From: Raillietiella orientalis
Lineage: Eukaryota
Reading direction: 5' to 3'
NCBI GenBank assembly: GCA_036172245.1
Contig: JAYWIR010000050.1
Coordinates: 744,001-808,000 of the forward strand
DNA: 64,000 bases
How positions within the stretch are numbered: the stretch's first letter is position 1; each line of letters begins with the position of its first letter. The notes under the pieces were generated by a model, which was not told where the DNA came from, did not search any database, and was given only the letters and a program-made list of their open reading frames with translations. Of this stretch, positions 1-13,100 are shown one piece after another. A program made the translations under genes and the position numbers.

Positions 1-320
1 GGGAAGAAATGCGGCGCGCATCGCAGTGCAGACCGCATCACGTGACGAGCGGTCGCCGGGGACGCGGGCTCCACTGGCAATCGAGCGATCGCCGCACCCG
101 TGGAGGAGCTGCAGAGACAGCAGCCTCCCAACCACCATCGCAGACCAATCCGTGGGAGGAGGGGGGGCATGGACGGAAGGATGCTTTCCTGAGAGGACCC
201 TCTTTCGCGAGTGCTGAGCTTCCCGGGAGAGGGGAAGAACACAGAGGGGAACACTTCCCAGGGCTCCTCCCCTTTCCCTTCCGGTGCCCACAACACTGAA
301 GGCTGGAAACCGGCGCCGCT

Positions 321-440
321 TTTCCTGCCTGTCGTCTGCAACAATGCAAGATAACAACCGACCATTGTTGTAGGCGACTCTTTCCCTGTCCGCCGTCCGC
401 AACAATGCAGGCTAAAAAACGGCGATTGTTGCAGGCGGAG
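321..440. repeat. Two tandem ~61-bp units, each an inverted repeat (hairpin)
   Basis: 331-346 gtcgtctgcaacaatg pairs with 363-378 cattgttgtaggcgac; 393-406 pairs with 425-438. The two units are similar to each other. Confidence 0.7.
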
Positions 441-1104
441 CCGATCCGGATGTTGGTACTCCCTGGTGAGGCTATCCGGCTCGACTTGCCGAGCCAGACC
501 CGCAGGGCAACGTGACGTCACGCGACCGGAGTGGTAAACCGTGGGCAAGCCGCGTTGGCGCGCTGCCGGAATCGCAGACGGGGATGGAACCGCGTGGGAA
601 TCCTCTGTTGCATGATCGCGGTCCCGAGGAGCTGCGACACTTCCTGAAAGAAATCACCAGTTCCCTTTTGTTCTGGTGCGGGAGAGCTCGCGGCGACGGA
701 TGGGGTTCCCGACCTTGGAGGCTCTACGAACGTGGGCGGAATGGCTGCCGTCCCCCTCGATAGATCTTTTCGGAAGAAGAACAGGATTAGTTATCTGAGA
801 CCCCTACCTGCCGCTCTTTGTATGCCTCAGGTGCGCGCGCGCCATCGGAATAGGGAAAGAGTCGCGATGGCGTGGGAGGGAGGAAGACAGAGGTGAACTA
901 GAGTCTGGCAATACACGCCGCTGTCAAGGTCGCTGCTGCTGCACCTGGTCGCTGATGAGAATGGAGCTCTGAAGCCGCAAGCAGCTTCCGCGGTGCGCCA
1001 TCGACCGCTGCTGACGCGTCGGTTCCGTCTCGCCGCTGCCCCGAGCGCGCCACCGCCTTCGTCGCCATCCCCCTCCCCCTCCTCCTCCTGCCTTTGTCTT
1101 TCAG

Positions 1105-4100
1105 GGAGAAGCTGGGAGACGAAGGAGTCTGGACGGGAGCCAGCAGCTGGAGAAACGAGAACCTGCTCTCCTGGACGGACGGGAACCCGGTCGTCTTCGC
1201 CCGTAAGTGTCATCGCGGTGGCCCTGCAGGCGGAGGCAGAAGGGGGAAGCCCGCGCCTCAGGTCTTCGGGAAGGAAAGGTCGCAAGCAGTCTCAAGGGGC
1301 AGCAAAGCAAAAGATGCCCTTGCCGCCGTCCTCGTCCCTCCCGCCTTCCGCTGCCGCGGTGGGGTAAGGGGGCTCAGAGTCCCTCCATCCCGGGGTGCCC
1401 GCGGCATCCGTCCGGTCCGCAAGGACGCTCCTCTTCGTAGACGCGTGCCCCACCTCCTTCCCGATGGACCCTACGGGCAACTCCCGGAAAGTCACTCTGG
1501 AAGAGAGAGGAGCACGCGGTTGCTGGAGCAGAGTCTCGAGAACTGCACGAGGTGAAGAGAAGGAAGGAGGAGGAGGAGGAGGAGAAAGAAGGCCCCTGAC
1601 CCGTTCACACCGGAGGGCTCCAGCAAGATGGCGATCAGGAATCATGAGGGATGATCCGAAAGAAATCCGGACTCGCGGTAACGATGGAGACTTTTTCCAG
1701 AGTGCGTGACCGCCACGAAGGCGGAAGTCAGGGAAAGGGGGACTCTCGGTCGCGACTGACTGAAGAAAAGTAGCAAGAGAGTAAAGGGAGGAGGGGGAAG
1801 AGGCAGCATCGTTCGATCTCGCCCTTCCGGAGCGCTCGTTCGGGGGAGCACCGGAAGGCGCTTGCGTTTCCGCTTCGGCATCTCCCTTGTTCGAGGTCAC
1901 GTGACTCGTCTCGGGGGAATGTCTGGCGGGCGGGCGCTGCCGTACTCTGTTCCGCCGCGCCCGCTCACGTGACGGGCGGGCCCGCAGCCCGTTGCACGCT
2001 TCCGGCTCGCGGAGCGCGAGCGCACTCGCTGAAGCTCCCTGGCGAGGGGAGCAGCCGACCTCGCAACGCGACCGGGACGAGCGACTCTCCGAGTTTGTCG
2101 CTTGGATTTGGGAGCTTTTTCCGACCGGCTTTCTCCTCGAGGGCTAATTTCCCAATTCCTTGAGGCGATGAAGCACCCCTAGCATGGGGTCACGGGAGCG
2201 GAGCTTCGCGGAGGTGGGCCGGGAAGCCTCTTTCGAGCGAATTTCAGCCACGTCCATGCTGCACGGCTCCAAGCTTCGCCTCCTTGCTGCGTTGCGGCCA
2301 TCGTGGGGGAAAGCGGTTCAGACCCTCCTCGTCGCTGCCCCCCCCCCCCCCAAAAAAAAAAAACAACCACAACGATCGCTCCTGATTCTGCTGTGCCACG
2401 TTGGCCTGCAGCGGCCCCCAGCGGAGCGGTGCGGGGCAAACCGATGATTCCTGTGGATGGCGCCAGTGTTCGCCCTCCGTTCGGATTCCGACTGGATCCG
2501 TCTGCAAAACAGATCTGCAGCGGCAACGTGGCGGACGGCGGGGAGGGGGCCGCTTGGGATCCCGTCCAGGGATGGAGGTCCTCTTCGCGCGCGTCGTTGG
2601 CAGGAGTTTGGGATCCGTCTCTTTCCACCTCTTTTTCGCTTCCCTCCCTTCCTTCCCCTCCCCCCTTAGGCTTTGACCACTCTCCTTCCTTCTTCGGGGT
2701 GTGATGAGCCCCCCTCCCCTCCCCCGAGGAAGGAGAGAGCACCCGCTGCAAAAATCTGCCTGGATCGTTCCGATGGTCCCCGCTCCCTTCTCGGCTCCAT
2801 CCGCTCTGGTTTGCAAGGCCGCTCCTCTCCTCTCCCTGGGGACTCGTGAGCGCAGGAAGTGCACCTCTTCTCCCTCCTTCGGAAAAAAAGGGGAGGAGCA
2901 GAAGGAGAAGGAGATACTCTCTACGGACTACTCATTCTTTCAAGAGAGCGGGACTCCCCCCGGAAGGGCTAGAGAGCGGGTCCGTCCTCGCGCGAAGACG
3001 CTTGCGATCCGCCTGACCTCTGGGCAGGGGGAGTGTAAGCCCAGCACCCTTTTCCCATTGACACCCTTGCTGGCTTCCAGAGTGGCTCCCCGGGACGCGG
3101 CCCTCCCGAAACCAGGCCGAGCGCCGCCTCCGCGAGCGCAGCTGCGTGGAGCTGCGCACCACCTGGAGCCACCCCTTCCGGCGGAGGGGTTCCGCGGGAA
3201 CACTCTACTGGAACACCAGGAGCTGCTCGGCCCGCAACTTCTTCGTCTGTCAGCAGAGGGAACGAGGTAGAGGAGGGGGGGCGAGGGGCCGACGGGGGGA
3301 AAGGCACGAGGCGGCGCCACCACCTCCAGCGAGAGGGCCGAGAGGGCATCGTCCGCCACCTTCCCCGGTGCACGTCCCGCCGCCTCCCGGGAGGGAGTGG
3401 GGCGAGCCCTTGACGAGGGCCAGGTCTCCCTCCAGCGTTCCCTGCCCTACCGCCTCCTTGCCCCCAGCTCGTCCTGCCACCCTGTCGCCCTGCGGGCGCA
3501 CCCTGGCTCTGGACGAGGACGGCTGGAGCGAGCTGGTGACCAGTCCGGGCTTCCCAGAAGGTTACCCAGACAACGCGTTCTGCCAGTGGAACGTCTCATG
3601 CCCGGAGGGCTTCTCCCTGTCCCTGCGATTCAAGCACTTCCGCCTGGAGAGCAGTGAGAAGTGAGTGGAGGGTCGCGAACGATCCCGGGCCTCGGAGGCG
3701 GGCTCGCGGGGACGGCTCCGTGCCCTCGCCCCTTAGGGCTCGTCTCCGCACCGCGGGCAAGCCGACCCTGGCCCGGGATGCTGCTCTCTGAATCTGCTTT
3801 CTCTCTCTACCTGTCCCATCCGTTTCCAGATGAGCTTCCGAGTTCGTAACCCGTTCTGAAATGGACCACTTTATTTTAGTTGTACCTATGATTATCTTGA
3901 ACTTGTAGAGGTCGCTCCCGGCCCGAAGCAAAGATTCTGCGGCGACTGGAGCGGGAAGAAGAAACTCGCCCAGAGGATCGTCATCGAGGGAAACCGGGCG
4001 ACCTTGAGTTTCCGGAGCGACCACTCTCGCGGGAATGCTGGATTCATGATCACGGTGTCCATGATCAAAGGTACGCCTGCTCCAGTACTTCGGGATGCGC

Positions 4101-7100
4101 AGTCCTCCCTCCCTTTCCTCCCTCCCCGTACAGTCGGCACCCCAACGCATGGGGAGAAAGCGGCAGTAGCCGCAGGGCGTTCCCTGCAGACTGCAGCAGT
4201 GGGAGAGGAGCATTTCTATTCCTTCCGCCTCCTCTTCTTGCCTCTTCCTCTTCTTTCCTTCTTCTTGTTCCTTTCCTCCATCTCCTCCTCTTCCTTTCTT
4301 CTTCCTTTCCTCATCTTCCTCCTCGTTCTCCCACGTGCTCCCTACTTGGTTGATTCAGCATCCATAGGATGGTGGATGCAGCTTGCACAGAGATTTAACG
4401 CTTGTGCTGACCCAGGTCGATCCTATGCACGCACGCGTGTGCTGCTGCTCGGCGCGCGTTCCCTGAGCTGTCGGGCTAAGCCGAGGGCAGACTGGACCTT
4501 ATCGAGCGCGCCCTGCTGTGGATGACAGAAGACGGGAGACCCTGGGTCGCACGCGCTCTGAGCGTGTCTCCGAGAGGCACTCACGGCAGCCTTCCGCTGC
4601 ACCTGTTCGCGGAGGCGACGCGGCGTCGCGGAAGGAGTTCGCTGGCTCGTCAAAGGTGGAACCCGTCCCAGGTGCCCCAGGGCGCTCCGGCTTCTGCGAA
4701 GCTTCCCATCGTCTTCCGAGTTTCCGGGCGAGAGCCGGGCAGCGGAAAGGGAGATGCCGGTTCCTTGGCTGCCTTCAGGTTCCGACTTCTCTTGGAACCG
4801 AGATGCCTTCTTCGCTTCACCCGTCGGAGCTCTCCGCTTGCACTGGTGCCGCCGCCCGCGGCGAGAAGCCCATGGCGGAGGTGGGCTAAGAGGCCTCACA
4901 TTCGCGGAGGCGAAGTCGCGGCTTCACGCGTCGGGCTGCCGCTGCGTCCGGGCTGTGCGGCCGCGTGTTATGAGCACGTGTCCATCCGGAGGAGCGCCCC
5001 AGCTGTGTTACCCGACTGTCCGCCGGGTGCGAGCGCTTCGTTCCGGGACAGCAGCAGCCTGCGTTCCCGTCTTGGCCCCTGAGACCTTGCGCGGGTCGAA
5101 GCGTTTCAGTCCCTGATGGCGCTCCTCCGCCAACCATCCGTAGATGATTCCCCTTTCCAGAAAAATCTGCTTGCTTATTCGAGGACGAGGTCAGCAGAGT
5201 CACCTGCTACACGCTGCACGCCTTTCCTCAGAGGTCGTGGTACGCCGCGGACAGCCACTGCAAGGAGAAAGGGGTGAGGCCAGGAACCCCCATCCCCTTC
5301 TCGCTCCCCCCGAGTTTTGAAGTTCGCGGCCCTCCTTCCAATTGCAGGACCGACTGGGCAATCCGACGTCCAAGCAGCAGATCTCTGCCGTCGCCAACCG
5401 CTCCGAGGTGCTGGGCACGTCGTTCTTCTGGATCAGCAAGCAGCTGGGATCTTCGAAGGCATACCCGTCCGATGACTCCTCCAGTCGCGGGACGCAGACC
5501 CCATCGGAAGGTACGCGACGGACCATTCCTGGAGATGATGATGACCGTCCATCTTTTTCCCGTGCTCCTCGAAGACCTAGACGTGAACAGGACGGCCCTG
5601 TGTCCTTCGATCGACCCGTCGGAGGGCGCCGCGCTGCTGGCGTTCCAGCTGCGCGGATGCCATGAGTTTGGAGCCTACTTGTGCGAATCCAGCATCCACA
5701 GTGAGAGGGCGCCCGCGGACCACGCTCCCCTTTCTGACAGGAGCGCCGCAGGGAGCGTGCACTTCCTGGAGCTCGAGTCTCCCTCGGGAACCATCTCCTC
5801 CTCCGGCTACCCACACGGCTACCCCGCCAACTGGGAGGAAACCTACCACCTGAGGAGCCCTCCGAATTCCAGGATCGTCTTCACCTTGCTCGACCTGGAG
5901 CTGGAGTACCAGGAAGAGTGCCTGTACGACTACTTGACGGTTTCCTCGAGGGAAGCGGAGGCGGGAGTGACGTACTGCGGAGAAGAGCCAGTGCGGTGAG
6001 CACAGCGCCCGCGTTTCGGGATGCCTCGGGAGTCACCGGAGACGACCGGGAACCCGGTCCACTCTCGAGGTCGCGCCGGGAAGGTGGGGAAAGGTGGGGA
6101 GGCGCGTCGAGACGGGAAAGGTGGTGTGGGGGGGAAACAGGGAGGGACAGATCTGCAGGCTTGTCGGTCCGCCGCCGTTTCGTCCCAAATTGTGGTGGGA
6201 CACACGTGGCCCTCCCACGCTCCATTTGCCCATGGATCCGCCAGTTCTCCGGGGCGTTTGCTGACACAACAGTGAACCTGCAGCTGTGGTGCGTAGGTTC
6301 CACGTCCGGCTCTACCAAGGACCTGCCGGGTTGCCAGTCAGTGCGCAGGCCGGCGACGCTCACCTTGGCAACTGTGGGGAGGGGAGAAGACAAAAAGGAA
6401 AATCAATGGAAAGAATAAATAAAAATACATAAAAACCCTCGTCGGAGGCCACGTGGCTGCTGAGGTTTCCGCGCGTAGCACCACCATGCGTCGCGGGTTC
6501 GAACACTCAGAATGAATCGACGCCGAGAGATAGGAGGTGCGTTGCAGGTTCGAGTTCCTCCCCCGAGATGACGCTGATCGGCCGACATTCAGTCGGGTGA
6601 GGCGCCGGTAACGATTAAAACTGGATGCCTCCGATGAGTGACTGGGACAATGGGAGTCGACCTCAGGGTCCTTCCAGGAAGCAAGGAGGGCCGGAAAGAG
6701 ATCACCATGCGCCGGAAGGCTACTACTCCACCTTGTCCCCTGCATCCTTTCCAGGATGCCGGCTAGTCCTTCCGCGTGTCACCAGGGTGGGGCTATCTGG
6801 CTGCCATCCTCAGGAGGCGGAAGTGCACACCCGATGGCGTCCCGCTCATTCGGTCCTCCTTCCGCGTTGCTCCAGGCCTTCACTCCCCGCCACGAACCCA
6901 GCCAAGGGTTGCTGCGGCTGCGTCTGGCGGCAGGGCCTCTCCCGCACGAAGAGGAGCTTGGAAATGTCCCTGGGGGTGCCAACCAAGGTCAATAGGATCG
7001 TCCCAAAACGTTTCCATAGGGGCCGGAGGGTAATACAGTCCACTAGCATGCGCGGGAGGGGGGATTCCCGTTACTCGCACCTGCGACAGTCAGGGCTCAC

Positions 7101-10100
7101 CCCCTCCCCCGCCTGGGTCTAAAGATGTTGGCGGGAGTTACAGGGAAGATCCCAGTGCAGCAGCAGCATTAGTGTCGACTCCTGCCGCTTCAGAAAGAGG
7201 ACGCTGCTGTCCACAAACACCAGAGACCACTCCAGTTCTTCGCCATGAATACCGAGCAGCTCACCCCAGCGTTGTAGCCCTCGCGGAAGAGCACTCGGGG
7301 TCACAGCGTCGGTCAGCTGCTCCGTGGTCCAACCACCCATCAGTTTCCTGCATGCGATCTCCAAGGTTTCCCACCTCGGCTTCACTCTCGTTCGGCCCTC
7401 CTTCCGCGTCGCTCCAGGTCGCCACTCTCCGCCACAAACCCAGCAAAGGGCTGCTGGTGCTGCGGCTGGCGGCAGGGCCTCTCCTCTCGCACGGAGAGCC
7501 GTGAGACGTCCCTGGAGTTGTCAACCGGGGTCCTCAGGGTCGTCCCGAAACGTCCCCGCAGGAGACCGGAGAGCAACACAACCCACAGGCTCGTGCGGGA
7601 GGGGGGATTCCTGTTCCCCGCACCCGCTTGTGGACCCCCCCCTTTTTCCTTCGAAAAGACAAAGCTGAGCCTCCGTCGCTATTCAACTGCTCCCGCGTCT
7701 TCGGGAAGAGTCGTCTCGGAACAATAACAATCCCCCCGGCTGCTCCACCGCGCTCCCGCAAGGATCGCAGCCTCAAGAGCGGTTGCGTTTTATGAGGTCG
7801 CGACCCCTTCTGTGGGCTTCCGGACTCCCAGTCGTCTCCGCTCCTCCTCCTCTCTTCCCCTTTCCCCCCCTCCGGAAAGACGAAGTCGCGTTTCGTCGCG
7901 ATTCGACTGCCCTTGCGCACCCCGCGTCCGCAGCGTCTTCGAGCGGGCGGTGCTCGCTCGAAGACGTCACTCCGTCGGTCCGGTGACGGACCGACGGAGT
8001 GACGGACCGACCGTGGAGTCCTCCGAGCGTCGCGACGTCCGCGCGCCTTTCCTCGCAAACCGCCGCTGCACAGCCGGCTGGGGGAGAGGACGCGTTCGCT
8101 CTACGAGCGGAGGGAGAGGGAAGGGTCGGTCCCCCGACCCTGGAATCAACCAGCAGCACCGACAGCTTTCACATCCTTCCCCCGGGAGTAGCTGCTCCCA
8201 CTTCGGGCCTCGAAGTGTCCGTGTCCACCTCCTCCCTTCTTCCCGCGTCCACACCGGAACATCCAAAATGGACCGTTGCGAATTTTCCTTACGCTTTCCC
8301 AGCGCTATCCCGACTGCATCACTCTTGCGTAATCGCCTCTCGAAGGCCGAGCCTGCCTGGCTTTCCTTCCTCCCTCCCTCCCACCCACCCCATTTCGCCT
8401 GCCCCTCGCGATGCGCGGAGCAGGCTGCGCCTGCCTTTCGGAGTCCTAGGATCGCAAGAATCCGGAATTCACTCGATGGTCCTGCTGCTTTGCTCCGGAA
8501 AGGTGGCACTCCCTCAAGGGATTCTGATCCGACTACTAAGATGATCTCGGGAACAGAGTGCCACGTGCCTGTCTCTCTTTCACTCGGAGATCGCTGCAAT
8601 CTTGCCCGCTCTCCCGAAATGGAGGCGTCGGCTGTTTGTGTAATTAAATAAGGAGGTTCATTCATGCTCCAAATCGATAGTCTTGTATGCCGACCAGAGG
8701 TCTTAGCTGGGGAGAGATGAAAGATAGCCGCGAGCGTAGCAGAGGCATCCCTTCTCACGGGAGATCTCGCCTAAAGTTGGCTGCCCCATTTGCCAAATCA
8801 ATCTGGACCCACCTGGATTCCTTGACGACGCAGCTCGCGACGACCATGTTGCACAGCACAATGGAAGGCGGTTCGGTTCTCAAGCGCTTGCTTTTCCCTT
8901 TTTCTTTTTCTTTTTTTTCTCTGGCCGAGAACCCAGGGATTTGCTGAATTGCAAATCCAGAGCCTTCCCTCATGTCCCCTTCTGGCTCATAAATCCTCTG
9001 TCCGCCGCCAGGATAGCACTTCGAGCACGCCAGCGTGTCTGCTGGTGCCGCCGTCTGCATCCTTGGAGGCGGGAATCGGGATGACTTTCATATTGCGGCA
9101 TCGCCTGACCACGGCTCAAGAGTGCTGATCTTGTGTGGTGCTCCTTCCCCCCTACTAGGTGGTGCTGCGGCGGCGCCATGGTTTCGCGCGCAGCAGACGG
9201 AGGATGTTTTCGCATCTCGAGCCTGACCCACGTTCTATTTCGTCCTGGAGGTGTTTCTTCCGACCGGTCACCTCGTTCTTGAGGTGTTTCACTCGAAGAG
9301 CGACACACCTAACGATCCATTGATCGATCACGAATCTCCTCTGGAGCTCGGAGAAGAGGGCGATCACTGTGCGCATCAAGCGGATCGGGATGCTGGCTGT
9401 CGTCCTTCACTCCCCTCCCGTCCTGCTTTGTTGTTCTCGCATTTCGGGGTGACCAACTAGTGAAGCTTGGAGTCTTCACCTGAGGTGCGGCTCCGTCGAG
9501 GACGGCGACGCTCTTGGTGACGCTCAGAGAGGCATCCGGGAAGCTGCGCGCGGAGTGTCGCGTGGCCGCGGCGGTGAGGGGGAGCATCCGCTGGGACCGA
9601 GAGAGGTGAGCGCGCGCGGAGCGAGTCTGCAGACCGTCCACGGGCAGTTTGCCCTCGAGTCTGCATCTCCGGAATGGGTCATTCTTCGAGGTCGGCGATC
9701 AGGTGCATCGGGATCCACGCACAGCAGGGGGACAGGATGGGGGGTACGGGAGTTACGCAACCTCCTTTTGCAGCCTTTTCCCTTGTTGCCCATGGACTGC
9801 TCTCCCGAGTGCTAGAACACCCGCAACCCGTGGGTGTCTCTCGCTCGGAACGCGGGTCGCTTCCGCTCTCCGTGCTGCGCCACGGGGTAGCGCGCAGCAC
9901 GGAGAGCGTAGATCGCTTCCCGTTTCGGAAGTGGGAGCGTGGGTGCTGCTGCTCTCTAGAGCTTTGCCCGCGGAAGAGCCGCAAGCCATCTCGTCCGCTG
10001 CAGGCTCCCGTCTTGCGCGCGCCGGTTGCCGCCATGGCTTCAAGCCTGAGGCGCCGTTTCCTGCTCCCCCAGGGACGAATGGGTCTCCGACAGCAGCGAA

Positions 10101-13100
10101 GCGCACATCTACTTCAGGTCGGACTCTTCCGTTACGGGCAGAGGGTACAAGGTCAAGTGGACAACCGTGGACACAACGTCATGCCCGGAACAGATCTTGA
10201 CGGAACCCTCAGGAAAAATAAAAAGCCTCAACTTCCCTTTCCATTACCTGCCGAATCTGGAATGTTCTTACAAGTTTCTTCTCCCAGGTAAGGGGTGCTG
10301 GTCTCAGGTACGCGGCTGTGATAGACGCCATTCTGACGGAGAATCTTCCACTGTGAAGATTCGCTTGTTGGTTTGTTTGTTTTCTCTGTATGTGTGTAGC
10401 ATATGCGCATTCCTAAGCGATGTTCAGGAAGCGAAAAGAACGCGCTATTTTGAGTTTGGTTCCGCAGCCAGATTCGTTCGGTTTGTCCCCAGCTCTGGTG
10501 GCGTGGAGAAGACGAGAAGGACTCGCCGCCTTCCTCCTAGCTACTGACTAAGCAAGCGAGCGCAGATCTGCGCAGTCGCGTTTCCCGCCGCCAACGGCGA
10601 CAACGCCTTTTTATGACCGCGCAGCGACGAGGGTCGAACGCGCACGCCTGGCGGCGGAACCCCCTCCCCCGTAGAGGAGAGCAAAGGACGACGGTTCGAA
10701 TCCCGGCGGAGTGCACTGCCCTTGCCCCAACCACACTGAAGTCTCGCGCAAAGGCGAAATCCGAGCAGGCTTCAGCCACCGGAGCTTGGGCTGAAGCAGG
10801 TCCGAACACGCCCCCCTTCTCATCTCAGCAGGGAACGAGAACTCCCTCCACTCACCCGGGCATGTGTCGCGTGCCCGCCCTCCACCATCAACACGGGAAG
10901 CTATTCGAATAAAACATTGCGTTGTGCGGAAGTATCTGGAAAAAGGAATGTGGACGGACGGACATGCCCTCCAGCAAAGGGGTTCTTCATCCGGCTTACT
11001 CACCCGCCCTCCTGGACCTCCGCGGGTGGAGGATTGTATCAGCGGAGGGCAGCGCGCTGTACCGAGCGACGCCTTCGGGCGCACCCCGTTGGGTTGGCCG
11101 GGAACCTTCCCTTTTCGACCTTGATCACCACTGCCGCCACCCCCGTTTCCTCTTTAGGGCGCCTGGGGCTGTGGATAGAGTTCACGAGCTTCCACGTGGG
11201 CTCTCGGAACGCCTCCGGCTCCTGCCCGGACGACTACGTGGAGGTGGACGTGGGCGGGGAGCTGCTGGCACTGTGTGGCGATATGCAGAGGAGCATCCAT
11301 GACCTCAAGTTTCTCCTGACCTCACGCCCTCCGAGGCTGCGGTTCGTCTCCAAGAAGAGGAGCCCCGGGTTTGAAGCGTCGTACAGCGCAGGTAAGCGCG
11401 GGGCCTGACGGATCCGCCGCTGCCCTCCAGGAGGGCGCGCGCGCGTATCAGCCCCCCCTCCTTTCAGTCTCGGAGGCACTGCCTGTCCCCACGATCGCCG
11501 TGCATGAACGTCTGGAGGTTTCCAGCCTGAACTTTCCGCGAGCGTCCCCGCGGAACGTGCGCTATGAGAGGAGGCTGCTGGCGCCCCCGGGCCACATCAT
11601 CAACCTGCGCGTCCCGCACGTCGTCGGCTACCGCAGGGGCGAGTCGGAGGCGGGGAGCGCCTGCGGCGAGGACGGCCCAGGGTCTTCTCCGTCCGTCTCC
11701 ATAAGGGATCCCTACCTGGACAACGCCACCTGGACTCTCTGCGAGATGGCTGCCTCCGGGGGCGCGGAACTGTCCGTGTCATCGCACTTCAACGTCCTCC
11801 GCGTCATCGAGGTGTCCTCCGCGGGCGGCGCTCCACCCGCCGCCTACCGCATGAAGGCCTCCTCTTGCCCCGGTAGGAGAGGCAGAGCGCGACCCTCCTT
11901 CCCCCCCACCTCTCCCTTATTCCCGTTCCCCCCCCTTCGCAGACGCGGCGTTCGAGGAGAAGACCAGGAACGCGCCCGAGGGCTCCCGGCTGGACTCCTG
12001 TGACGCCGACCCCTGCCTGAACGGCGGCACCTGCGCCGGGAACTCCTGCAGGTGCGCGGGGGACTACGTGGGTCAGTAAGGCGGGCGAGGGAACGGAACC
12101 AGGGAGCCGCCACCCTCCTCCAGGTCTCTTCTGCAACCTGACCCCGTGCCACCTGCTGGACTGCCTTCACGGCGTCTGTGCCGGGAGGGAAGGATGTCGC
12201 TGCTTCGAGGGATTCGTGGGGAGCAGGTGCGAGGAGCGGGCCTCCCCCTGCCATGACGACCCCTGCAGCGGTCACGGCGAGTGCGTCGTGCTGAACCGGA
12301 CGTGGCGCTGCGACTGCTTCCCTACGTGGGAAGGTGAGGTCACCCACGCGAGATGGCGAAGGAGCGCGACGTTGCTCTCGCCTCTGACACACCCCCTTCC
12401 CCGACCCTCACTCAGGGAAGACCCTCGGCAGTGGTATCGATGCGGGCTCTCTGTGCAGGGCTTCCCTTGAGGGCAGTGTCTGTGACTTACTCGTTGCTTC
12501 TCAGAACAGAAGGTGGAGAGTGGGGACCTCCTCTCCCTTCTCTTCGACCTGCTGCAGCCGGGGGAACCGTGAAAGACAGTGGCGCGGGGATTTCTCCATG
12601 GTTTGGTTCTCTGGTCCACCGCTAGAGGAGTGTCCAGTCCGACCTGGTCGCGAGCGATCCTTCCGCTGGACCTTGGAGCGCGCGACACCCGGCGGGAGAC
12701 TTCGAGAGTCGGTGTGTGTGGCCCCGGAATCAGGAGCTGTTGTCCTGATTCCGTTCCTGAAAGGATTCCCTCCAGTCTCGCCTGCAGGTGGCTCAGGCGA
12801 AGACGGATTGAGGGGGTGGTGGTGGAAAATGCGGTTACGCCCTCTCTCTCCATTCCCCTTGGCGGCTAGTTGAGGGCAAGAGCTGAGCTTGGGCTGAGCA
12901 AGGCAAGCGGTGCCCTCGCGTGAAATCGCCTAGAGATAGAGCCATGCGGCTCCCGCAGCCCCTCCGCCAGTCAACCCGCCCAAGACTAGCGGGCCGGCCC
13001 CCCCATGAGAGGATGGCGTCCCTTCTTTCCTCCTCTGCCTCTCCGGAGGCTGCGGATGCTGCGGATCGGTCGATCGGACGGGTGCCTTCGGGCGGCATGG

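Noticed and set aside
9035..9330. CUB-like peptides (LILCG; VFHSKSD) inside the 4-kb intron
   Set aside because: Exon 5995 joins 10073 in phase and completes CUB2; no convincing splice sites or Cys spacing here
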